Shown here: in pieces, positions 5,265-11,928 of the stretch | How the letters are laid out: every line of letters begins with the position of its first letter | Numbering within the stretch: the stretch's first letter is position 1 | Sequence record: OQ473814.1 | Reading direction: 5' to 3' (one strand) | Length of the DNA stretch: 12,735 bases | Position numbers and translations under genes: made by a program | The notes under the pieces: generated by a model | Databases searched by the model: none | What the model was told of the DNA's origin: nothing | What the model saw: only the letters and a program-made list of their open reading frames with translations

Positions 5265-5448
5265 CGTAAGTAAGAAAGTGGATGAAATAACGAGAAAGAT
5301 GCAAGTCTACGAGTTCGTTAAGAGCCTCGCCCTAACACTAGGTATCCCCTTCCCGGACGCTATGGTTAAGGCGTACATAATGAGAACCGACATCAACAAG
5401 ATTAATGCGATCATAGAGAAGACTAGGGAGTGGATTAAGCATGTCTGA
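5257..5448 (+). CDS. Small helical hypothetical protein, 63 aa
   Basis: 8-nt overlaps with both neighbours. Confidence 0.8.
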   Translation: MSNVSKKVDEITRKMQVYEFVKSLALTLGIPFPDAMVKAYIMRTDINKINAIIEKTREWIKHV

Positions 5449-5764
5449 CGTAGACGTGAAATACGTTATCGACCACGAACTTGAGGAGGACCTTAAGTTT
5501 CGCGTACTTGTTGAGGAGTACCGCAGAAAGTTCATAGCGGAAATAAGGGAGGAGTGTCCGGACCTTACCCCGCAGTGTTGGGGACCTCAAGTTTGGGCTA
5601 GATTTCACGCTCTAGCCCTCGCAGTACCATGTCCGGCGTGCAGTAGTGAGGCTCAAGCATTCCTTAGTTTCTTCCACGATTACGTGAACAAACACCGCGG
5701 TAAGCCGTTATACGCCCCCGTAAACTACGAGAATGTCAAAAAGGAAATATGCCGTAATGCGTAA
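5441..5764 (+). CDS. Miniature Erv1/Alr-family (FAD-dependent) sulfhydryl oxidase, 107 aa
   Basis: All family hallmarks in order: WGPxxWxxFH (47-56), PCxxC (CPAC 64-67; nt 5630-5641), HDxVN (79-83, the HNxVN motif), GKP (87-89). Confidence 0.85.
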   Translation: MSDVDVKYVIDHELEEDLKFRVLVEEYRRKFIAEIREECPDLTPQCWGPQVWARFHALALAVPCPACSSEAQAFLSFFHDYVNKHRGKPLYAPVNYENVKKEICRNA

Positions 5765-5766
5765 TC

Positions 5767-5772
5767 TTTTTT
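5767..5772 (+). terminator. Oligo-T terminator after the 4336-5764 operon
   Basis: T6 starting 3 nt after TAA. Confidence 0.65.
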
Positions 5773-5804
5773 ACTTTCCCGCGTCAATCTTTACGTGAAC
5801 GACC

Positions 5805-6089
5805 ATGAAAGCAAAAAATCCAATCGCGTCTCAACTCAGTTCAGCCGTAAGGGATGCATGGGAAAGCCCTGAAGGTATGTCAATGAGGGAAAGAATGAGT
5901 GCACAGGCTTACGATTCCAACTTTGCGAATTGTCTAAGATCCGGAGCTAGGAGGAATGAGGCTTTTGCGGACGTGGTAAAGAGGTGCATGGCACAGACCG
6001 GGTACAATATCGACCTCGCTCAAGATTGGGGCTCTCCTAAGGAAAACGCTCCTAGGGTACAGGTACTGTCAGCTAGGGCAAGACTCTAG
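5805..6089 (+). CDS. Helical, mildly basic protein, 94 aa; candidate virion core/nucleoprotein
   Basis: First gene of the 3-gene block ending in the capsid-like gene; Arg/Lys-rich; two Cys. The function is inferred. Confidence 0.8.
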   Translation: MKAKNPIASQLSSAVRDAWESPEGMSMRERMSAQAYDSNFANCLRSGARRNEAFADVVKRCMAQTGYNIDLAQDWGSPKENAPRVQVLSARARL

Positions 6090-6095
6090 AGGTGG
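6089..6095 (+). promoter_or_regulatory. Shine-Dalgarno GAGGTGG for 6101
   Basis: Archaeal consensus SD, 5 nt before the ATG. Confidence 0.8.
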
Positions 6096-6100
6096 ACTAA

Positions 6101-6481
6101 ATGGACATTAAACAAGGACTAGGACCCGCCCTTGTGGGTGCGGGGGGTTACCTAGCGGGCGTAAATACCATCAAGAACTACATACAGCAATTAGGGAGTA
6201 AGATAAATTCCAATAACCCTACGCAGGGCGTTAAGATCATAGGACTTATCACTGTACTCGCGGGTGCAGGTATCAAGATAGCCATGGACTCCGCAATCGG
6301 GGACGGACTAGGGTATTTCTTGGCAGGACTCGGGGCAGGATTCCTTGCGGACCCCGTGCCAACACCGGCTCAGAATACCGCAGTAGCTAACGCAGTGCCA
6401 AAGCAAAACGTTACGGCTCAACCGGTCCCCGTAAAGGTACCGGCGACCGTAATGAATAATAGTACCCCCCAATACATCTAG
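6101..6481 (+). CDS. Virion membrane protein candidate, 126 aa (Gly/Ala-rich hydrophobic helices, Pro-rich tail)
   Basis: Hydrophobic GxxxG-rich segments (IIGLITVLAGAGIKIAM, LGYFLAGLGAGFLA); strong SD; directly upstream of the capsid gene. Confidence 0.85.
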   Translation: MDIKQGLGPALVGAGGYLAGVNTIKNYIQQLGSKINSNNPTQGVKIIGLITVLAGAGIKIAMDSAIGDGLGYFLAGLGAGFLADPVPTPAQNTAVANAVPKQNVTAQPVPVKVPATVMNNSTPQYI

Positions 6482-6487
6482 AGGTGA
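6481..6487 (+). promoter_or_regulatory. Shine-Dalgarno GAGGTGA for the capsid gene
   Basis: Perfect archaeal SD 5 nt before ATG 6493; the track's GTG start at 6484 lies inside this SD. Confidence 0.85.
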
Positions 6488-6492
6488 TTAAG

Positions 6493-6909
6493 ATGCCCAA
6501 AACCTATTACAGGACGTACCAGATTCAATTTAACGTAGGAGCTTCCCTACCCGCGAATTCCATAATCGCCGGGACTTTCGTAAATCTCGCGAACGGTAAG
6601 ACTGAGTCACAACTACAGGCTCCGTCAAACCAGACGTGGGATATCGTGGACATCTATATCAGGTCTACTAGCGACGATCCCCTAGACGCGACCGTAACAT
6701 TCACTAGGGACGACGTGAATAACCTGATAACGACCGATCCACTCAGTGCCCTAGTGGTAAGCAACCCATCAAGACCTAGGTACCCCGCTATCCGTCTCAA
6801 CCCCGGACAAAGACTTAGTGCGACCGCGACAACCCTCGCGACTAACGGGACCTCCGCCGTAACCGACTACGTGTTTGTAAAGGTGCAGGTAACCGACTAC
6901 TCCGCTTAA
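6493..6909 (+). CDS. Probable major capsid protein, single jelly-roll-like, 138 aa
   Basis: Best SD in the genome and T7 terminator just after; all-beta alternating pattern (TYQIQF, WDIVDIYI, ATVTFT, IRLNPGQRLSAT, YVFVKVQV); no TM helix. Confidence 0.7.
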   Translation: MPKTYYRTYQIQFNVGASLPANSIIAGTFVNLANGKTESQLQAPSNQTWDIVDIYIRSTSDDPLDATVTFTRDDVNNLITTDPLSALVVSNPSRPRYPAIRLNPGQRLSATATTLATNGTSAVTDYVFVKVQVTDYSA

Positions 6910-6918
6910 ACCAAACCC

Positions 6919-6925
6919 TTTTTTT
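6919..6925 (+). terminator. Oligo-T terminator after the capsid gene
   Basis: T7 10 nt after TAA within a long pyrimidine tract (6916-6947). Confidence 0.75.
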
Positions 6926-6954
6926 ATCCCCTTCCCCTTTCTATCTTGATAGTC

Positions 6955-7668
6955 ATGTCAAGTACCGGCGTGTTATGTCAAAAGGTAAGTAACATATCCC
7001 TAGGACCGCTATCGCTAGAGAACGCGGAGTTATGCTTTACGCAGACAGGTGAATACACGGGCAATATGAACGTAAAGGTATACTTCCTAGGCTATGACGT
7101 TATTAACGACAATTTCCCCGTAGCCCTCACGGTACCATGGTATCAGGCTAGTTCTCAAACTCAAGTTGCGGTACAGTTTGGTAATCCTATTACGGAGGAC
7201 GTAGTTACTCTCCTACTCAATATAGGGCAGGACATAAACGAGTTAGCTACCGCCCTAGGATACTCCGGTGTTCTTTCAATTACGGACGCCCATATAGACG
7301 CTAACGGCGATCTAGTCTTTACGGTGAACGCGACCTCTCCCCCCGTGATCATAATCCTCGCGATCATATTCGTGATCGCCCTAGCTATCCTAGTTTACAT
7401 AGGCGGACAAAGTGCCAGTGCCGTGATCACGTCAATTAACGGAGTTCAACCATCTCCGCCCAATTGTGCTAACTTAACCCAACAGGAATGTGCCCAACAG
7501 TACCAACTCTACTATCAGGCTTATCAGCAGTACTCTACGAACAAGGGTATCTCTAGCGTAGGCGTCTCCGTGTCCGGGATAGCGATCGCTCTAGGGATAG
7601 GTGCGGTCCTAATAGGCGGTATCGTACTAGCCAATAGGAGATCAAGACAAAGCGGTGTACCCACATGA
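6955..7668 (+). CDS. Virion membrane protein candidate, 237 aa: beta-rich N-domain, two TM helices, two Cys pairs
   Basis: ATG 6955 preferred over TTG 6946; TM1 VIIILAIIFVIALAILVYIGG, TM2 IAIALGIGAVLIGGIVLA followed by RRSR. Confidence 0.85.
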   Translation: MSSTGVLCQKVSNISLGPLSLENAELCFTQTGEYTGNMNVKVYFLGYDVINDNFPVALTVPWYQASSQTQVAVQFGNPITEDVVTLLLNIGQDINELATALGYSGVLSITDAHIDANGDLVFTVNATSPPVIIILAIIFVIALAILVYIGGQSASAVITSINGVQPSPPNCANLTQQECAQQYQLYYQAYQQYSTNKGISSVGVSVSGIAIALGIGAVLIGGIVLANRRSRQSGVPT

Positions 7669-7964
7669 CCGTACAACTCCTAACTAATGCGATCCAAACA
7701 ATTCACCAAAACGTGCAGAATGCCCCTAGGTATGACGTCAATATCAACGGTACCCTACACATAGTAGTAGCTCCGCAAAGTTCTGTGGTACTAACCCTAT
7801 GGTTAAACGGAATACCCGCAGTACTAAATCAAGGCAATAGTTTGTCAGGCGGGGCATGGTATGACTTTGACGGCATAGAGGTCCTACAGGGAGATGAAAT
7901 ACAAATTACGGGTAACGTGGACACGCAGGGATTTTTGCGAATGTATGTGAAAAGCGTATTTTAG
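7665..7964 (+). CDS. Small beta-sandwich (jelly-roll-like) minor structural protein, 99 aa
   Basis: ATGA overlap; all-beta pattern with LNQGNSLSGGAWYDFDGIEVLQGDEIQI. Confidence 0.8.
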   Translation: MTVQLLTNAIQTIHQNVQNAPRYDVNINGTLHIVVAPQSSVVLTLWLNGIPAVLNQGNSLSGGAWYDFDGIEVLQGDEIQITGNVDTQGFLRMYVKSVF

Positions 7965-8006
7965 GGGTGGTCCACTACGGATATAGTTACGGTAAGTGTT
8001 TTGACC

Positions 8007-8234
8007 ATGGAAAACGTGGTTACGTGGGTTTTACTTGCCCGAGTAAATGCGGGACTCGGGAAGGCTATCGAGCAGTGGACCCGTGCCCTAGATCACCTTA
8101 AGCAAAGTAACGAGGCTCTAGAGCGTGCTAGTCAGGAATTAGCTCAAGGTAATCAAGAGCTTAAGGAAGTTAAGGACCAACTAAGCATAATAGCCCAATT
8201 GCTCAAGTCATTAAGCGGAGGGTATCCCACATGA
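8007..8234 (+). CDS. Coiled-coil protein, 75 aa
   Basis: ATG 8007 (TTG 8001 alternative); long heptad run LDHLKQSNEALERASQELAQGNQELKEVKDQL. Confidence 0.8.
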   Translation: MENVVTWVLLARVNAGLGKAIEQWTRALDHLKQSNEALERASQELAQGNQELKEVKDQLSIIAQLLKSLSGGYPT

Positions 8235-8494
8235 GCGTAAATATCTCTGACGGGCTCTATAACTCGGGCGGTAACACCATGACCCCTACGCAATTTCTGA
8301 GTTCTCTAAATCAGGGGGGTAGTTCATGCCCCAATTGTCAATCCACTACGCAGTCTACCACGCAGTCTAGCGGTCAATCCATGCCCTCAACGATTAACGT
8401 ATCCATAAGGGGATATAACTTTGTGGACGTTATCATTATCGGGGCTCTAGTGTCCCTTACGGCGATAGCGAGTTACTACCTAGCCAAAAGTTAG
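8231..8494 (+). CDS. Tail-anchored small membrane protein with CPNC motif, 87 aa
   Basis: ATGA overlap; CPNC, QSTT/QSS repeats, C-terminal TM VDVIIIGALVSLTAIASYYLAK. Confidence 0.82.
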   Translation: MSVNISDGLYNSGGNTMTPTQFLSSLNQGGSSCPNCQSTTQSTTQSSGQSMPSTINVSIRGYNFVDVIIIGALVSLTAIASYYLAKS

Positions 8495-8496
8495 GG

Positions 8497-8502
8497 TTTT
8501 TT
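8497..8502 (+). terminator. Oligo-T terminator (second T6 at 8516-8521)
   Basis: T6 starting 3 nt after TAG 8494. Confidence 0.6.
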
Positions 8503-8533
8503 ATCTCGATTACGCTTTTTTCCATGAGACAGT

Positions 8534-9571
8534 ATGTTACGACCTACGATTGTAAAGGAAAGGGGTGTAATCTCTAGATATATCACGTCAATAGAGCCGG
8601 TTCTAACTACGTGGATGCATGACGCCGGTAGGGATGAACTCCCTAGCCTTATGAGATTAGCGGGTCTAGGTAGAAGACACGGTAAACTGTGGAGAGCTAG
8701 CCTACAGGGTAACGTAGGTCCCTTTACTAGGGACATAGAGATGCTTATCTTCCCGCCATTCTTGTTATCCACGGGACCTAGCGGACCCGTAACCGTGACC
8801 TATCCCCTTAACGGATCCTCGCCTATCTCCGCCACGACTTTCCTCCTAGATATTATCGCGGGCGGTGGTGCCGGTGGCGGGGGCGGTGGCGGTGGATCCT
8901 CCGCCCCCGGACAAGGTGGCGGTGGTGGTGCCGACGGCGGTAGGCTAGTGGTTAAGTTCAGTGGCGGTGCGATCGACACAGGTACAGTAACGGTACCCGG
9001 ACCTAGTGCCGGTGGTGCCGGTGGTTCAGGTGGTGCAGGATCTAACGGACAAAACGGCGGAAACACTACCGTTTCCTTAAACTCCGCGACCGCGACACTA
9101 CAGTCTCAGGGACTCCCCGCGTTTACCATGCCCGCCCCTGTAGGCGGACAATACGCCGGTGGGCAGGGTGGTGCGGGCGGTAACGCCGTACTACAATACG
9201 ATAAGAGCATCTCTCCCTCATTCTTCCTAGAGCTAGGCGGACTTAATCAAGGGGCTTACGCAAATAACTCGCAGATACTTAGCGACTCAGTAGGTACAGG
9301 GGGTTACGGAGTAAACTCGGAGTATCTCAACTTCTCAGGTAGAGGTCTATGGACTAGATCAACCGCGGGTGTAAGCGGTGGTGCAAATACGGGTTCAGGT
9401 ACCGCAGGTTCAGGTGGTGCTAACGCCTACGTAAACGTGCCCTCCGGGTCTATCTACGGTAGAGGTGCCGGTGCGGGCGGTGGCGGTGGCGGTTCAGGTA
9501 GCACGCCCGGGGCAGGTGGTCCCGGTGGACAAGGCGGTCCCGGACTTGTAATAATGCTAGTGGTGGCGTAA
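8534..9571 (+). CDS. Glycine-rich (polyglycine II bundle type) adhesin/spike candidate, 345 aa (alternative start ATG 8741, 276 aa)
   Basis: LLDIIAGGGAGGGG...GGGGADGG...GQNGGNTTV...GAGGPGGQGGPGLVIMLV matches the layout of Gly-rich domains of phage tail adhesins and ALK/LTK. Confidence 0.85.
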   Translation: MLRPTIVKERGVISRYITSIEPVLTTWMHDAGRDELPSLMRLAGLGRRHGKLWRASLQGNVGPFTRDIEMLIFPPFLLSTGPSGPVTVTYPLNGSSPISATTFLLDIIAGGGAGGGGGGGGSSAPGQGGGGGADGGRLVVKFSGGAIDTGTVTVPGPSAGGAGGSGGAGSNGQNGGNTTVSLNSATATLQSQGLPAFTMPAPVGGQYAGGQGGAGGNAVLQYDKSISPSFFLELGGLNQGAYANNSQILSDSVGTGGYGVNSEYLNFSGRGLWTRSTAGVSGGANTGSGTAGSGGANAYVNVPSGSIYGRGAGAGGGGGGSGSTPGAGGPGGQGGPGLVIMLVVA

Positions 9572-9572
9572 C

Positions 9573-11180
9573 ATGATACTAGTAACGTCAGGTGCAGGAG
9601 GTGGTTCAGGACCCACGACATCAACGACTCAGCAATCCGTACAGGTAATCAATAACTCAGATTATTACGTGCAGGTTGCGGTACAGGGACAGAACGCTCA
9701 ACTCAGTAGTTACGTGAATCTAGCCCCTAACGAAAGTAAGTTCATAAACTACGAGGGTACAGCGACCGGGCTCAGTGTAATCTACTTTACGGACTCCTCC
9801 TACTCCGTAAGTATCTATTCAACGACCCTTCCAATAGGTCCCTCCGTTATAGTACCTAACCCGCCCTCTCAGTATACCACGCCAAAGACTACGACCACTA
9901 GCTCTACGTCTAGCTCAAGTTCAGGATCCACTGGGACTAGCTCAACGTCTACGGGGACTAGTTCGGGGAGTTCGGGATCTACAGGGTCTACAGGATCCAC
10001 GGGGTCTAGCGGTTTTCAGCTCTGTTATCCTTCCTATATTACGCAGTATCAGAACTTCCCTACGGACTTCCTACCGGCTAACTGTAACGCCGGACAACTC
10101 AAGGCTTATGGTAATTTCAGTGTTCAATTCTTCTACGAGAACGGTAATCCCTACAACCTAGGAGTGTCTCAAGTTGAGGTTACGGTCTATCAGGGCTCTA
10201 CTATCGTGGACCAAGGTACCCTCCCCGTAACTCAGGGTGGTAGCGTAGTTCAGGGATGGTTCATATTCTTCTACGACCTACCTGACACTAAGGTCCACAT
10301 TAAGGTCCCTGTCCCTCAAGGTTATACAATACAAGGATTTACGCCACAGAACGGTTACGTGGACTACGTACTAGATTACGGTTACGCAGGGAGTGAGGGG
10401 ACTGAGGCTTACCTAGTGCAGATAACCCCTCAACCTACTCAACCACAAGGTACTCCGGTACAGGTTACGCTCATAAACGACCTAGGATGTACAGTTACGG
10501 TTACGTGGTCCGGCGGTTCAGTTACACTACAGGCAGGTCAATCCCAACAAGTTACGGTGCCGAGTTACCCGGACGCAGGGACGGAGTTCAACGTGTACCT
10601 ACCGGGTGCGACTAGCGGGTGCGGATCGAGTTTTGGACCAATTACCGCGAACCAAACTATCTATCTCAGTTACCTAGGGTGTAGTGTATGTCCCTCAACG
10701 ACCCCGCCAACGGGTGGACAAGGTGCTACGACTACCACGGGGACTACGACCACGACCTCTACCACTACCCCGCCAAGTTCAACCGTAACGACCACGCTAG
10801 TGAACCCGTGTAACGTTAAACTAACGGCGACCTATAACGGGCAGACCTACACGCTTAACCCGGGTTATAATCAACTTAATGGACCTCCGGGGACTATCAC
10901 CGTGTCCTATAACGGTCAGACCATAGGAGTCTATAACGCCGGGGGGATTCAGACAGTATCGTGTCCATCTCCTCCCTCAACTACGACCACTACGACCACT
11001 ACGACCACTACCACGACCGGGACCGGGACAGGGACAAGTACAGGGACAGGGACAGGTACTACTACCCCGCCCTCAACCACTCCGCCCTCAACTCCTATGA
11101 TAGACTACGTGATAATAGGCGGTGCCGTGGTAGGGCTAGGTGCCCTACTGTACTACCTTAACAAGAGGGGACGCAGATGA
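9573..11180 (+). CDS. Large modular tail-anchored spike/surface protein, 535 aa: beta domains joined by Ser/Thr/Gly/Pro stalks, C-terminal TM
   Basis: Beta-rich domains, three low-complexity linkers, 8 Cys, TM IDYVIIGGAVVGLGALLYYL followed by NKRGRR. Confidence 0.9.
   Translation: MILVTSGAGGGSGPTTSTTQQSVQVINNSDYYVQVAVQGQNAQLSSYVNLAPNESKFINYEGTATGLSVIYFTDSSYSVSIYSTTLPIGPSVIVPNPPSQYTTPKTTTTSSTSSSSSGSTGTSSTSTGTSSGSSGSTGSTGSTGSSGFQLCYPSYITQYQNFPTDFLPANCNAGQLKAYGNFSVQFFYENGNPYNLGVSQVEVTVYQGSTIVDQGTLPVTQGGSVVQGWFIFFYDLPDTKVHIKVPVPQGYTIQGFTPQNGYVDYVLDYGYAGSEGTEAYLVQITPQPTQPQGTPVQVTLINDLGCTVTVTWSGGSVTLQAGQSQQVTVPSYPDAGTEFNVYLPGATSGCGSSFGPITANQTIYLSYLGCSVCPSTTPPTGGQGATTTTGTTTTTSTTTPPSSTVTTTLVNPCNVKLTATYNGQTYTLNPGYNQLNGPPGTITVSYNGQTIGVYNAGGIQTVSCPSPPSTTTTTTTTTTTTTGTGTGTSTGTGTGTTTPPSTTPPSTPMIDYVIIGGAVVGLGALLYYLNKRGRR
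10980..11054 (+). repeat. Coding tandem repeats (ACTACGACC x3, then GGGACA-type hexamers) encoding the Thr and Thr-Gly stalk
   Basis: ACTACGACC at 10980-11006; GGGACC/GGGACA/AGTACA units at 11019-11054. Confidence 0.85.
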
Positions 11181-11566
11181 GCATCAACATAAATACCCCT
11201 ACGATCACTTTCACGAACAACACCAACTACTACGTGCAGGTAGGCTTTAACATACCCGGAGTAGGGCTATTCTTCCTATCAGGACCCTCCCTAAATCAAG
11301 AACTCCTAGTGAACCCCGGGCAGACCGTAACCGCTCAACTACCCGGGACGCCCGACACTATCCTCCTCTATCTCTTCCAATCTTCCAACATAATGGAAGG
11401 TCCTGTACGTACTATCCAACAAGGCATTAACGGACAAACTAACTTTGTCCTCAACAATAACGGTCTATCCACGGTAGGGGCAAGTTCAGGTCCAGATATA
11501 GGTCTACTCATAGGCATAGGCGTACTCGCCCTACTCCTCATAGCCCTAGCCTACTCAAGGAAGTAA
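11177..11566 (+). CDS. Tail-anchored single beta-domain protein, 129 aa; related to the N-domain of 9573-11180
   Basis: NNTNYYVQV vs NNSDYYVQV; C-terminal TM IGLLIGIGVLALLLIALAY followed by SRK. Confidence 0.87.
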   Translation: MSININTPTITFTNNTNYYVQVGFNIPGVGLFFLSGPSLNQELLVNPGQTVTAQLPGTPDTILLYLFQSSNIMEGPVRTIQQGINGQTNFVLNNNGLSTVGASSGPDIGLLIGIGVLALLLIALAYSRK

Positions 11567-11569
11567 ACC

Positions 11570-11575
11570 TTTTTT
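11570..11575 (+). terminator. Oligo-T terminator
   Basis: T6 starting 4 nt after TAA 11566. Confidence 0.65.
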
Positions 11576-11600
11576 CTTCACGTGTCTATTTGTATACGCC

Positions 11601-11888
11601 ATGAGTCAGCCAAGTGGTGGAAGTAGCTCAACCGACTATAGGGACGGGATTATCCACGGCTTTGTCCTCGCCTTGATCCTAGCGTTAATAGGGTTCTTAC
11701 TAGGCTATGTTGTATACAACTTGAGCGTAATGAACTATATCCTCTTTAACGCGATCAACTCCTCCGTTATCGCGGGGAAGATAGTAACCGGCAATTTGTC
11801 CATGAGTGGCTTTCTACCCTATATGTTCGCCCTTGTGGGGGCGGTCCTAGGTTTCGCCATAGGGTTCATGCGGGAAGTGATAGAGTAG
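11601..11888 (+). CDS. Two-TM membrane protein, 95 aa
   Basis: Two long hydrophobic helices (GIIHGFVLALILALIGFLLGYVVY; FLPYMFALVGAVLGFAIGF); flanked by T-tracts. Confidence 0.85.
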   Translation: MSQPSGGSSSTDYRDGIIHGFVLALILALIGFLLGYVVYNLSVMNYILFNAINSSVIAGKIVTGNLSMSGFLPYMFALVGAVLGFAIGFMREVIE

Positions 11889-11922
11889 TTTCGGTGTCCC
11901 GCCCCAACCTCTTAAGCAATCC

Positions 11923-11928
11923 TTTTTT
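11923..11928 (+). terminator. Oligo-T terminator
   Basis: T6 in the 11889-11940 intergenic gap. Confidence 0.55.

Noticed and set aside
6565-6606. Walker A-like NLANGKT in the capsid candidate
   Set aside because: Lacks G/A at the required position of GxxxxGK[ST], has no Walker B, and lies in an all-beta protein.
7967-8101. 44-aa Cys-containing GTG ORF in another frame (MVHYGYSYGKCF...)
   Set aside because: Overlaps the clear coiled-coil gene, starts 3 nt after a stop with no room for its own SD, and has atypical composition.
4707-9066. Minus-strand ORFs 4707-4952, 5338-5535, 7161-7367, 8491-8772 and 8800-9066
   Set aside because: Antisense shadows; 8800-9066 is poly-Pro simply as the complement of poly-Gly codons.
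10961-11161. ORF with striking DHY and DR repeats
   Set aside because: Alternative-frame reading of the Thr and Thr-Gly tandem repeats of the 535-aa gene.
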